This document shows positions 1 to 8,669 of a stretch of 24,000 nucleotides of DNA, in pieces. The notes below the pieces were generated by a model. It had not been told where the DNA came from, searched no databases, and saw only the letters and a list, made by a program, of their open reading frames with translations. This DNA is from Alphaproteobacteria bacterium (GTDB taxonomy: Bacteria > Pseudomonadota > Alphaproteobacteria > JAJTHO01 > CANGYM01). The translations under genes and the position numbers were made by a program. The stretch lies in NCBI GenBank assembly GCA_044235825.1, contig JBIIHL010000020.1:4494-28493 (forward strand). Direction: 5' to 3'. Positions within the stretch are counted from its first letter, which is position 1, and each line of letters starts with the position of its first letter.

Positions 1-1
1 T

Positions 2-814
2 ATCGAAGTCGGACGCGGCACCCTGCGCCCCCACTGCGTCATGGCTCTGAGCCCCAGCGGAGAGCCCATCACCCTCACCGGTGAAGCCACCACCGATCCG
101 GCTTTTGGTTTACCGGCCATGTGGATTACCCAATCCGAAAGAGATGCCGCCACCCTCAAGGGCTACACGGTCGTTGAGCCCTCTGCCGTGCTGATGACCC
201 ATTTAACCGAAGTTGTCAAAGACCACATGCCGGACCTGCTTTCCTACGGCGAAACCCAAAAACTGCTGGATCAGATTCGGGAAGATCACAAAAAACTAAT
301 CGAGGACATCATTCCCGAAAAACTTTCCGTCACCATTTTGCAGCGGATTCTTCAGGCCCTGCTGAAAGAGCGCGTCAGCATTCGCGACCTGCCTGCCATT
401 TTAGAGGCGCTGGCCGAAGTGGCAGGACAGACCCGCAACATTGTGCTGCTGGTGGAACACGTGCGGCAGGCCCTTTCCCGAACCCTTTGCCAGGCCCACA
501 TCCAAGAGGATGGCACGTTATCCATCGTCGCCGTAGGGCCCCAGTGGGAGCAATCCTTCGAAGAAAGCCTAGTCGGCCAAGGCGATATGCGCACGCTGGG
601 CATGGCCCCCAGCCAGATGCAAAAATTTGTCAAAGTGGTCAATGAAACATTCGAAGATCAAATGCGCAAAGGCAACTATGCGGTCCTGATGACCTCTGCC
701 GGTATCCGGCCCTATGTGCGGATGGTGTTGGAACGCCTCAGCCCCTCAACCCCCGTGCTCTCTCAATTTGAAATCCATCCCAAAGTCAAAATCCGAACCG
801 TTGCCCAGATTTAA
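2..814 (+). CDS. flhA: Flagellar biosynthesis protein FlhA, C-terminal part (5' truncated by the window edge)
   Basis: Open frame from base 2 (IEVGRGTLRPHCVMALSPSGEP...) into track ORF 41-814. FlhA/SctV cytoplasmic-domain motifs: SYGETQKLLDQI, ILQALLKERVSIRDLPAILE, LVEHVRQALSRTL, VLMTSAGIRPYVRMVLER. fliQ lies in the same window. Confidence 0.92.
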   Translation: MEVGRGTLRPHCVMALSPSGEPITLTGEATTDPAFGLPAMWITQSERDAATLKGYTVVEPSAVLMTHLTEVVKDHMPDLLSYGETQKLLDQIREDHKKLIEDIIPEKLSVTILQRILQALLKERVSIRDLPAILEALAEVAGQTRNIVLLVEHVRQALSRTLCQAHIQEDGTLSIVAVGPQWEQSFEESLVGQGDMRTLGMAPSQMQKFVKVVNETFEDQMRKGNYAVLMTSAGIRPYVRMVLERLSPSTPVLSQFEIHPKVKIRTVAQI

Positions 815-833
815 TTTAAAATTCATTTTGAAC

Positions 834-862
834 TTGATTTTCCTGAAAAATACATGTATAGT
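834..862 (+). promoter_or_regulatory. Putative sigma70-type promoter: TTGATT (834-839), 17 nt spacer, TATAGT (857-862)
   Basis: Near-consensus hexamers with exact 17 nt spacing in the AT-rich intergenic region. The expected start (~869-872) lies just upstream of the structured element at 875. Confidence 0.5.
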
Positions 863-874
863 CTTTGCTATTCT

Positions 875-1020
875 AAGATTGCTATAGTGTTTTCAATTTA
901 TTTTCGTGACTAAAGCCGAGAACAAGCCTAGCGGAGCGATGCCGAGTGAATCTCGGTGAGCGACGCTAGGCGCCGTTCGCAGGCCAGTACGGGAATAAAG
1001 TGGAAACACTATACAATCTT
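875..1020 (+). ncRNA. Candidate structured small RNA (rod-like fold); alternatively a MITE/palindromic repeat
   Basis: Outer arms 875-902 (AAGATTGcTATAGTGTTTTCAATTTATT) and 994-1020 (AATAAAGTGGAAACACTATACAATCTT) pair with one bulged C and few mismatches or wobbles. Inner hairpin GCCTAGCG (926-933)/CGCTAGGC (964-971) and apical CCGAG (942-946)/CTCGG (952-956). Promoter-like sequence upstream, UUCG hairpin plus U-run downstream. Confidence 0.5.
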
Positions 1021-1027
1021 TCCCCCT

Positions 1028-1043
1028 AACCTTCGGGTTTTTT
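1028..1043 (+). terminator. Possible short intrinsic terminator, AACC-TTCG-GGTT followed by a T-run
   Basis: AACCTTCGGGTTTTTT at 1028-1043. The UUCG tetraloop stem is only 4 bp, so it is weak alone. Confidence 0.3.
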
Positions 1044-1060
1044 ATCAGGAGATCTTATTT

Positions 1061-1837
1061 ATGAATCTACAAGACGATACCCATTTTGACGAAATCCCTT
1101 CAACCCCTATTGCTGAAGACACTTCATCATCCCCTACCCCCGCCCCCACAGAAACGCCGGCCAAAACCAAGCGGATCATGCGTTCTGACAATCCCATCGT
1201 TCAGGCCTGTTTGGGGGAATTGTTTCGATTTTCCTCCCCCAGTCAGATTGATACCCGCCTGCGCAGCCTTCGCCGTCAATTTATCTGTGTTGATGGGGAT
1301 GAACATGACAGCCTGATCCTGTGGGTCCACGGTTTTCAAATCACCAGCAACGAAGACACGCAGGGCTTTGTTGGGCATTTTGCCTGCATTTCCGCAAAAT
1401 CCTTGCCCGATGGAGGGTTAACGCTGAGCATCACCAAGGTGCCCATGCCCCTTTCCGACCATCCCCAAAAAAAACGTCCCAAACAACCCCATCCCAACGG
1501 CGCCCACCCCATCATGCGGCGCATCAACAAAGGGTACATCTACCCCACCGAAGACGAAGCCCTGCACGATTTGGCCACTTTGCACGCCGAATTTCCCGAT
1601 GTTTCCATTCCTGCCAGTCCTGAAAAACTCTATATCATCCTGTATGATCGCAGCGACAAAACCCGGGGCCCTGTGCGCAAAGTGGTTATGCGGGTCGTCC
1701 CTGTGGCGGACGAGAATGCCGATGAAAACACCCCTGCCCAAGGCTATAAAATTGTCATCAAAGACAACAACCGCCGCAGCGGCGGGGGAAAAGGCATCGC
1801 CGCCATGACGCTGGCAGGGGAACAAATGGGGCGGTAA
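1061..1837 (+). CDS. Hypothetical protein (258 aa)
   Basis: Track ORF 956-1837. The ATG at 1061 is preceded by AGGAG (1048 region), and the upstream in-frame part lies inside the structured element. Pro/Thr-rich N-terminus followed by a conserved-looking domain. Family not recognised. Confidence 0.75.
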   Translation: MNLQDDTHFDEIPSTPIAEDTSSSPTPAPTETPAKTKRIMRSDNPIVQACLGELFRFSSPSQIDTRLRSLRRQFICVDGDEHDSLILWVHGFQITSNEDTQGFVGHFACISAKSLPDGGLTLSITKVPMPLSDHPQKKRPKQPHPNGAHPIMRRINKGYIYPTEDEALHDLATLHAEFPDVSIPASPEKLYIILYDRSDKTRGPVRKVVMRVVPVADENADENTPAQGYKIVIKDNNRRSGGGKGIAAMTLAGEQMGR

Positions 1838-1852
1838 GCAGCAGGCTTAGAC

Positions 1853-2326
1853 TCAGGGCCCAAGGGACTCTAGAATCCCCTGCAAAACGTACGACGCGGC
1901 CAGTTGATCCACCACCTGCGCCCGCTTTTGACGGGACACATCGGCGTGGATCAGGCTGCGCTGCATGACAGAGGTGCTGAACCGCTCGTCCCAGAGCAAA
2001 ATTGGGCCGGTGTATCCGGCTTTGATGAAAAGATGCGCAAAGGCCTTGGTGGATTGGGCCATGGGGGTCACGCGCCCGTCCAGAGAAAGGGGCAAGCCCA
2101 CAACAACCCCCACCGCGGCGTGGGTTTTGGCGTAGGCCATCAGGGTATTTAGGCAAGCCGCTGTGGGGCTGCGGGCCACCTTGGTTTCAGGGGTGGCCAC
2201 CGTTTGCGTGGGATCGGACAGCGCCACACCAACCCACTTTGTGCCCACATCCAGCCCCATCAGGCGACCTTGCTGGGGCAGACGGTCTTTAAAATCCGAA
2301 AGAGTGGAGAAAATCATGGGTTGCAC
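1853..2326 (-). CDS. ruvX: YqgF/RuvX family putative pre-16S rRNA nuclease
   Basis: MGLDVGTKWVGVALSDPTQTVATP, VVVGLPLSLDGRVTP, LLWDERFSTSVMQRSLI, DQLAASYVLQGIL motifs. Divergent to gatC. Confidence 0.93.
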   Translation of the reverse strand: MQPMIFSTLSDFKDRLPQQGRLMGLDVGTKWVGVALSDPTQTVATPETKVARSPTAACLNTLMAYAKTHAAVGVVVGLPLSLDGRVTPMAQSTKAFAHLFIKAGYTGPILLWDERFSTSVMQRSLIHADVSRQKRAQVVDQLAASYVLQGILESLGP

Positions 2327-2376
2327 CGCGGGCAGGTTTGGGGTATGGATAGAGACTCTTTCCTACCGTGTTTCGC

Positions 2377-2673
2377 ATGACCCTTCAACGTTCGGATATT
2401 CAGCGCCTTGCCAAAAAACTTGCCAAGATCCACTTGGATGATGCTGAGTGTGATGCCTTAACACTGGATATCCAGAAAATTATGGGCCTGATTGAACAAT
2501 TGGCCCCCGTTCATGTTGACGGCATCAGCCCCATGATTACCCCCCTATCCGAAATTCAGGCCCTGCGCCCTGATCAGGTCACTGATGGCAATCAGCAAGC
2601 CCAAGTGGTGGCCAACGCCCCGCAGGCCCGTCACGGATTTTTCGTGGTTCCCAAAGTTGTTTCCGCATCATGA
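2377..2673 (+). CDS. gatC: Asp-tRNA(Asn)/Glu-tRNA(Gln) amidotransferase subunit GatC
   Basis: Small protein ending in [26 protein letters not shown]...[16 protein letters not shown], overlapping the gatA start by 4 nt. Start may be the GTG at 2368 or the ATG at 2377. Confidence 0.93.
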   Translation: MTLQRSDIQRLAKKLAKIHLDDAECDALTLDIQKIMGLIEQLAPVHVDGISPMITPLSEIQALRPDQVTDGNQQAQVVANAPQARHGFFVVPKVVSAS

Positions 2674-4112
2674 CTGATCTGACACATCTGACGTTAACGC
2701 AAGCCAAGGCCCTGCGCGTACGCGGTGAGGTTTCCGCCACCGATTTGGTGGATGCCTTTTCGGCGGCCATCGAAAAACAGCAGCCGGAATTGAATGCCTT
2801 CATCACCCTAACCCTAGAGCAGGCCCGTCAGCAGGCCGCTGCCATGGATGCCCAGAACAAACGGGATGGATTGCTGCCCGGCCTGCCCATTGGGGTTAAG
2901 GATTTGTTTTGCACCCAAGGGGTGAAAACCACGGCGGCATCGAACATTTTATCCTCTTTTGTCCCCCCCTATGAATCCACGGTAACCGCGAAGCTGTTTG
3001 CGCAGGGCGCTCTGATGCTGGGAAAAACAAATTTGGATGAATTTGCCATGGGTTCGGCCAACATCACATCGGCCTTTGGCCCTGTGAAAAACCCGAAAAA
3101 AGCCATTGGGGATACGACATTATGCCGCGTTCCCGGGGGATCCTCTGGGGGGTCCGCGGCGGCTGTGGCGGCGGATTTATGTTTGGCGGCCACCGGAACA
3201 GACACAGGGGGCAGCATCCGTCAACCCGCCGCCTTTTGCGGCATTGTGGGGATTAAACCCACCTATGGCCGCTGTTCACGGTATGGCATTGTGGCCTTTG
3301 CCTCCAGCTTGGATCAGGCTGGCCCCATGACAAAAACCGTGGCAGACGCCGCCCTGATGTTGCAGGCCATGGCCGGCCATGATCCCAAAGACAGCACATC
3401 CGTGCAGCGTCCTGTTCCCGATTGGTCCGCCGGTTTGGGGGACTCTGTGCAGGGAAAAGTCATTGGAATTCCCAAGGAATATGCCCCCGACGGCATTCAT
3501 CCCGATATTTTGGCATCATGGGAACGGGCCAAAACCATTTTGCGGGATGCGGGGTGTCGTTTGGTGGATGTATCGTTGCCCCACACGGCTTACGCCTTGC
3601 CGTGTTACTATATCATTGCGCCGGCGGAGGCCTCCAGCAACCTCGCCCGTTATGATGGCGTGCGCTATGGGGATCGGGAAGACGCCGAAACGCTAGAGGC
3701 CATGTATGCCGCCACCCGCTCCGCAGGATTCGGGGCAGAGGTCAAGCGTCGGATTTTGATGGGGACCTACGTCCTGTCCGCAGGATACTATGATGCCTAT
3801 TATAAACATGCCCAACGCGTCCGCCGTTTGATTTATAATGATTTTATTTCTGTTTTTGAGGGGGTTGATGCCCTTTTGGCCCCCACAGTGCCATCCAGCG
3901 CCTTTAAAATCGGGGAAAATCAATCGGACCCTGTGGCCATGTACCTGAATGATGTTTTAACGGTTCCCGCCAGCATGGCGGGGCTTCCTGCCCTATCGGT
4001 GCCGGCGGGGCTGGATAGCCAAGGCCTGCCGCTGGGATGGCAACTGATTGGGCGCCCGTTTGAAGAAGGCCCCCTTCTCACCCTCGCCCAACGTCTGGAA
4101 GAGGCTGTTTAG
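2670..4112 (+). CDS. gatA: Asp-tRNA(Asn)/Glu-tRNA(Gln) amidotransferase subunit GatA
   Basis: 480 aa amidase-signature protein: [74 protein letters not shown]. Confidence 0.97.
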   Translation: MTDLTHLTLTQAKALRVRGEVSATDLVDAFSAAIEKQQPELNAFITLTLEQARQQAAAMDAQNKRDGLLPGLPIGVKDLFCTQGVKTTAASNILSSFVPPYESTVTAKLFAQGALMLGKTNLDEFAMGSANITSAFGPVKNPKKAIGDTTLCRVPGGSSGGSAAAVAADLCLAATGTDTGGSIRQPAAFCGIVGIKPTYGRCSRYGIVAFASSLDQAGPMTKTVADAALMLQAMAGHDPKDSTSVQRPVPDWSAGLGDSVQGKVIGIPKEYAPDGIHPDILASWERAKTILRDAGCRLVDVSLPHTAYALPCYYIIAPAEASSNLARYDGVRYGDREDAETLEAMYAATRSAGFGAEVKRRILMGTYVLSAGYYDAYYKHAQRVRRLIYNDFISVFEGVDALLAPTVPSSAFKIGENQSDPVAMYLNDVLTVPASMAGLPALSVPAGLDSQGLPLGWQLIGRPFEEGPLLTLAQRLEEAV

Positions 4113-4201
4113 AATGACGCAAGCCATTTTTAACACTCCCATGCTATTTTTTTCTTTTAACCCAAGGATTCATCCTCTTATGACACAAAGGAACCCGGCC
4201 T

Positions 4202-4708
4202 GTGGCTGACGAACTGCGCATCAATCACCAAATCACCATCAGTCCCGTTCGGGTCATTGATGAAGAGGGTCAGGATATTGGGGTCTTGCCCCTGCAGGAT
4301 GCCTTGCGGAAAGCCGAGGCTGTGGGCCTAGATTTGGTGGAAGTTGCCCCCCAAGCCCGCCCCCCTGTGTGTAAATTTTTGAATTACGGCAAATTCCGCT
4401 ATGAACAGCAGAAAAAGAAAGCCGAGGCCAAGAAAAAGCAAAAAGTGGTGGAGCTGAAAGAAATTAAAATGCGCCCCCACATCGAGGACAATGATTTCCA
4501 AGTAAAACTCCGCAAAGCCAAAGAGTTTCTGGAAGAAGGCGACAAAGTCAAATTCACCGTTCGTTTTCGGGGTCGAGAGATCCAAAGACAGGATTTTGCT
4601 GTGGCGGTTTTGAATCGCTTTAAAGAAGAGCTGAAAGACCTAGCCACCATTGAGTCGGAATCCAAAATGGAAGGCCGACAAATGAGCATGATCATAGGTC
4701 CGGCCTAA
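4202..4708 (+). CDS. infC: Translation initiation factor IF-3
   Basis: GTG start with AAAGGA upstream. VADELRINHQITISPVRVIDEEGQDIGVLP...LVEVAPQARPPVCKFLNYGKFRYEQQKK...KEIKMRPHIEDNDFQVKLR is diagnostic. Confidence 0.97.
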   Translation: MADELRINHQITISPVRVIDEEGQDIGVLPLQDALRKAEAVGLDLVEVAPQARPPVCKFLNYGKFRYEQQKKKAEAKKKQKVVELKEIKMRPHIEDNDFQVKLRKAKEFLEEGDKVKFTVRFRGREIQRQDFAVAVLNRFKEELKDLATIESESKMEGRQMSMIIGPA

Positions 4709-4709
4709 G

Positions 4710-5483
4710 ATGGGACGCTACGATGCTTTGATTTATGTGATGCAGCGGGCCGCCGATAAAGCCGCCCGTCGTTTGCAGCGGGATTTTGGGGAGGTTGAAA
4801 ACCTGCAACCCTCCCGCAAGGGTCCCGCCGATTTTGTCACCGTGGCCGATAAACGCACCCAAGCGTTGCTTTATGAAGAGCTGATGCATGCCCGTCCTGA
4901 TTATGGCTTTATTGGCGAAGAATCCGAACCCGATCCCCGCGACATCAACTGGATCGTGGATCCCATTGACGGCACAACCAATTTTATTCACGGCATCCCC
5001 CATTTTTGCATTTCCATCGCCGTAGAGGATCGCGGCCAGATTGTGGCGGGTCTGGTGCATGATCCCATTAAACAAGAGGTATTTTGGGCCAGCAAGGGCG
5101 GGGGCGCGTTTTGCAATCAACGCCGCCTGCGTGTGTCAACCCGTAATCATCTGATGGACTGCGTGATTGCCACAGGATGCCCCTTTGCCGGTCATGGTCA
5201 AACAGCCCCTTTTTTAAAAAGCCTGAACCAAATTATGGGCAAGGTGGCGGGGATTCGTCGTTTTGGATCAGCCGCGCTGGATTTATGCTATGTGGCGGCG
5301 GGGCGCTATGATGGGTATTTTGAGGATCACCTGAAATCTTGGGACATCGCCGCCGGCTTGCTGATGGTAACAGAGGCTGGCGGTCTGGTCACCGACTTTG
5401 GGGGCAAAGACACCATGCTGGATTCTGGCCAGATCGTGGCGGGCAACAGTACGGCCCATGCCTTCCTGCAAGAGAATGTCTGA
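4710..5483 (+). CDS. Inositol monophosphatase family protein (SuhB-like)
   Basis: GFIGEESEPD, IVDPIDGTTNFIHGIPHFCISIA, WDIAAGLLMVTEAGG motifs of the IMPase superfamily. Confidence 0.92.
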   Translation: MGRYDALIYVMQRAADKAARRLQRDFGEVENLQPSRKGPADFVTVADKRTQALLYEELMHARPDYGFIGEESEPDPRDINWIVDPIDGTTNFIHGIPHFCISIAVEDRGQIVAGLVHDPIKQEVFWASKGGGAFCNQRRLRVSTRNHLMDCVIATGCPFAGHGQTAPFLKSLNQIMGKVAGIRRFGSAALDLCYVAAGRYDGYFEDHLKSWDIAAGLLMVTEAGGLVTDFGGKDTMLDSGQIVAGNSTAHAFLQENV

Positions 5484-5498
5484 GCGGGCTTTACCCCC

Positions 5499-6572
5499 TC
5501 ACCCCACCCACCGCGCCAACGTTGGCTTTAAACTGGTCAGCAGTTCATAGGGAATGGTCCCCGCACTGTGGGCGGCGGCGATGATGCCCCCTTGTTCAGG
5601 GGCGTAAAAGATAACCTCGTTGGCCTCTGATACCACAGACTCCGGAACATCTGTCCCGTCCAACGTGGTGACATCCATGGAAACGCGGCCCACAACGGGC
5701 AAAGGAAACACAGACCCATCTTTGGCTCTGATGATGGCCTGCCCCACGTTGGAAAAGGACCGCAAATACCCATCCGCATACCCAAACCCCACGGTCATGA
5801 TCTGACGGGGACGGGGGGCGATGTAGCTGGCCCCGTACCCAACACTCTCGCCGGCGGCGATGACGCGGACCTCTAAAATGGGGGCATGAACTTCCGCCAC
5901 AGGACGCACATCAGGGTGCGCCATCCCTCCATAAAGGGCAATCCCTATACGAACAAATGTCCCATGATAAGACGGCCCCAGAAGTACCCCATGACTGGCC
6001 GCAATGCTGGTGGGAACGCCTGGAAAAAATCGCGTGATGGCCGCAAAAACCTCTTTTTGCTGAACGTTCAGGGGATGATCCGGCACATCCGCCGCCGCCA
6101 GATGCGTCATGATATGATGCAAACGCTTGGGGTCCAAACGGGAAACCTCCTCCGCCAGCGCGGGGGATAAACCACAGCGATGCATCCCCGTGTCCCACTC
6201 CACCACGGCGGGCCCACGATCCTCGGAAAACCAAGAGGATAACGCCTGCGACGTTTTTAACACCGGAATGATGCCGTGCTGCTGATAAACCGGCATTTCT
6301 TCTGCCAAATACCCATGAAACACCACAATCTCTGGGGTCAAAAACCCATGGTCCTGCAGCAGACGCCGCACCGCAACCCCCTCATCCAAACTGGCCACGT
6401 AAAAAAGAGAGCACCCCGCCCCCGCCAAAAGCGGCACCACGGGCGTCAAACCCAAACCGTAGGCATCCGCCTTCACCACAGCCCCGCACTGGGATGCGGG
6501 GGCTATGGCCTGCATGATACGATAATTATGAATCACAGACTCTGTATCAAGATAAACACGGGGCAGCCGCAT
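5499..6572 (-). CDS. alr: Alanine racemase
   Basis: VVKADAYGLG PLP-lysine motif, MTHLAAAD, RIGIALYGG, GYGASYIAPRPRQIMTVGFGYADGYLRS, GRVSMDVTTLD motifs. Confidence 0.95.
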   Translation of the reverse strand: MRLPRVYLDTESVIHNYRIMQAIAPASQCGAVVKADAYGLGLTPVVPLLAGAGCSLFYVASLDEGVAVRRLLQDHGFLTPEIVVFHGYLAEEMPVYQQHGIIPVLKTSQALSSWFSEDRGPAVVEWDTGMHRCGLSPALAEEVSRLDPKRLHHIMTHLAAADVPDHPLNVQQKEVFAAITRFFPGVPTSIAASHGVLLGPSYHGTFVRIGIALYGGMAHPDVRPVAEVHAPILEVRVIAAGESVGYGASYIAPRPRQIMTVGFGYADGYLRSFSNVGQAIIRAKDGSVFPLPVVGRVSMDVTTLDGTDVPESVVSEANEVIFYAPEQGGIIAAAHSAGTIPYELLTSLKPTLARWVG

Positions 6573-6584
6573 GATGAGATCCTT

Positions 6585-6857
6585 TTAAGAAGCCCCCACC
6601 GTTTGCAAACGATCAAACAGCTTGATCGTATACTCCATCAACGTGGTGAGCATAAACGGAAACAGGAACACCAAGGCCGTGAACACAGACAGAATTTTGG
6701 GAATAAACGACAACGTCATTTCCTGAATCTGGGTCAGGGCCTGAAACAGCGACACCACCAGACCCACAATCAAAGCCACCAACAAAATGGGCAGGGATAG
6801 CTTGATGGTGACCCACAGAGCCTCGCGCATAATGTCGGTCACTTCGGTCACGGTCAT
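6585..6857 (-). CDS. fliQ: Flagellar biosynthetic protein FliQ
   Basis: 90 aa, two TM segments; PILLVALIVGLVVSLFQALTQIQEMTLSFIPKI is diagnostic. Confidence 0.93.
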   Translation of the reverse strand: MTVTEVTDIMREALWVTIKLSLPILLVALIVGLVVSLFQALTQIQEMTLSFIPKILSVFTALVFLFPFMLTTLMEYTIKLFDRLQTVGAS

Positions 6858-6911
6858 GGTGGGCTTCCCCTAAAAAAGGTTTATGACGATGCGATCAACG
6901 AAACAGCCCTG

Positions 6912-7364
6912 TTAAGATGCGGCCTTGGTTTGCCGGCTTTGCTCTTGCCGTTGATGATACAAAGCAGCAAAATCAATGGGCTGAATAAAAACAGGGGGAA
7001 ACCCACAATGCAACGTGGCATCCACCAAAATCTGGCGCGTAAAGGGAAACAGATAACGGGGGGCCTCAATAAACAAAATCGGATGCTCCGGATCATTCAG
7101 GGCAGGGGCAAAATGAAAAACCCCCGCATACAGGGTATCCATGATGCAGATGGTCTGGTTCGCATCATCCATCATTTGCAGCGTCAGGCGCAGGGCCACT
7201 TCATGATGCTCCGCATCCAACGCTTGGGCCAAAACATCCCCCTGAATGGTCACTTGGGGCTGGGCCTTCAAGGCACTGAAAATATGGGGGGCCTTGGGAT
7301 TTTCCACAGAAAAATCTTTCAGGTACTGGGTTTTAATGGTCATTTGAAAAGACGGAACAGTCAC
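6912..7364 (-). CDS. secB: Protein-export chaperone SecB
   Basis: QYLKDFSVENPKAP, LEAEHHEVALRLTL-like region, ILFIEAPRYLFPFTRQILVDATLHCGFPPVFIQPIDFAALY. The likely GTG start at 7364 has GGAGG 5' of it. The track ORF beginning at 7457 is over-extended into the upstream gene. Confidence 0.9.
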   Translation of the reverse strand: MTVPSFQMTIKTQYLKDFSVENPKAPHIFSALKAQPQVTIQGDVLAQALDAEHHEVALRLTLQMMDDANQTICIMDTLYAGVFHFAPALNDPEHPILFIEAPRYLFPFTRQILVDATLHCGFPPVFIQPIDFAALYHQRQEQSRQTKAAS

Positions 7365-7395
7365 GAGACCTCCAAAAGGGCTAAACAGAAAGACC

Positions 7396-8505
7396 CTATT
7401 TTGAAAGAAATAAAGCCAAAAGGGAATCTTTAATTTGCCCCAAACGAGATAATCCACGATGGATCATGGGCCCCTGATCCAAAATATCTTGATAAAGCCG
7501 ATGATATTGGGCCACCGTAGAGTCCACGGTATAATCTTGCTTGTAATGATGAAAGCCATTGGCAACCAAGGACGCCCGCAAAACATCATCGGCCAAGATA
7601 CGACGAATGGCCTCAGCAAAAGCATCAATATCATCAATGGGCACCAAAAGGGCATCCACCATGTCTTGGGCCGTGGCACGGGGTCCGGCCGCCCGCGTCG
7701 CCACCAGAGGGATTTGGTGGGCCCATGCCTCGATCATCACCAACCCAAAGGGCTCGTAGCGCGAGGGAAGAACACAAACATCCGCCGTCGCATAAAGATC
7801 TGCCTGATCCTCGTGCCATCCCAAAAACCGCACACGATCAAAAACCCCTATGGATTTTGCAAAATTTTCTAAATCGGCTCTTTGTTCACCATCACCGGCC
7901 AACCAAAAATAGGCCTCTGGAATCTGCGCCAGCACCTGAATGACCGCATCAAAAGACTTATGCCAATGCAATCGCCCCAAACCCAAAATCACGGGGGCAT
8001 CCTGCGGGGTGTGATACGTGGATTTGGGCAACCGCTTACCCACCTTGGCCTCTGCAAAAGGCCGAACTTGGTGAATCCGCTCCGAAGGCCACCCTTGGGC
8101 CACAATCGATGACACAATGCCTTTGGTCAACGCGCACAAATGATCGCAATACCGGTAATCCTCCAAATGATGATACCCCCTTAGCCAGCCCAAACGGATA
8201 TAATCCCCCACCGGCATCATACGGCTGGCCTGAAACATCCAACTTTGCACAATATCGGGTGCAAAATTTTTGGCGTCTTGTTTTAAAATATCCTTGGTTT
8301 TTGCATCCAGAAATCCCTGAAACGGGGCCTCGGTCACCGTAACCCCTGCGGCCCTGAGCATCGCCATACGATGGGGATGCGGGCGCATCACAACATGCTG
8401 GTCCAAACCGCTTTGATGCAAAGCGCAAACCAAACGCACAAAGTGGCTCTCTGCCCCCCCAAACGTCTCCCCACCAATGGCATGCATGATTTTCATGGGA
8501 TTCAA
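7396..8505 (-). CDS. Glycosyltransferase family 4-like protein
   Basis: MKIMHAIGGETFGGAESHFVRLVCAL N-terminus, VILGLGRLHWHKSFDAVI, VCVLPSRYEPFGLVMIEAWAHQIPLVAT (GT-B fold E-x7-E motif). Confidence 0.88.
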   Translation of the reverse strand: MNPMKIMHAIGGETFGGAESHFVRLVCALHQSGLDQHVVMRPHPHRMAMLRAAGVTVTEAPFQGFLDAKTKDILKQDAKNFAPDIVQSWMFQASRMMPVGDYIRLGWLRGYHHLEDYRYCDHLCALTKGIVSSIVAQGWPSERIHQVRPFAEAKVGKRLPKSTYHTPQDAPVILGLGRLHWHKSFDAVIQVLAQIPEAYFWLAGDGEQRADLENFAKSIGVFDRVRFLGWHEDQADLYATADVCVLPSRYEPFGLVMIEAWAHQIPLVATRAAGPRATAQDMVDALLVPIDDIDAFAEAIRRILADDVLRASLVANGFHHYKQDYTVDSTVAQYHRLYQDILDQGPMIHRGLSRLGQIKDSLLALFLSK

Positions 8506-8669
8506 CTTTTGATTGTTTTTTAAAGGTCACCTAAACAGGGTGAATATGCAGCAAAAACCACCGATGTGCAACAGGATAATCCCCTGATTTTGAAAAGCAA
8601 AAACAACCTATGGTTGAATTTTGGGCACTGTCCTTTTTATGCTTTAAAAAATGATCGAAAAATTCTGCG

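Noticed and set aside
956-1060. Upstream extension of the hypothetical gene (track ORF start at 956, MSDARRRSQAS...)
   Set aside because: The extension lies inside the inverted-repeat structure and the terminator-like sequence, and a strong SD plus ATG exists at 1061.
7365-7457. N-terminal extension of SecB in the ORF track (MDYLVWGKLKIPFWLYFF...)
   Set aside because: It overlaps the end of the upstream glycosyltransferase gene and has no SecB-like sequence. The GTG at 7364 has a good SD.
8036-8530. 164 aa minus-strand ORF
   Set aside because: Out-of-frame shadow of the glycosyltransferase gene on the same strand, with no recognisable domain.
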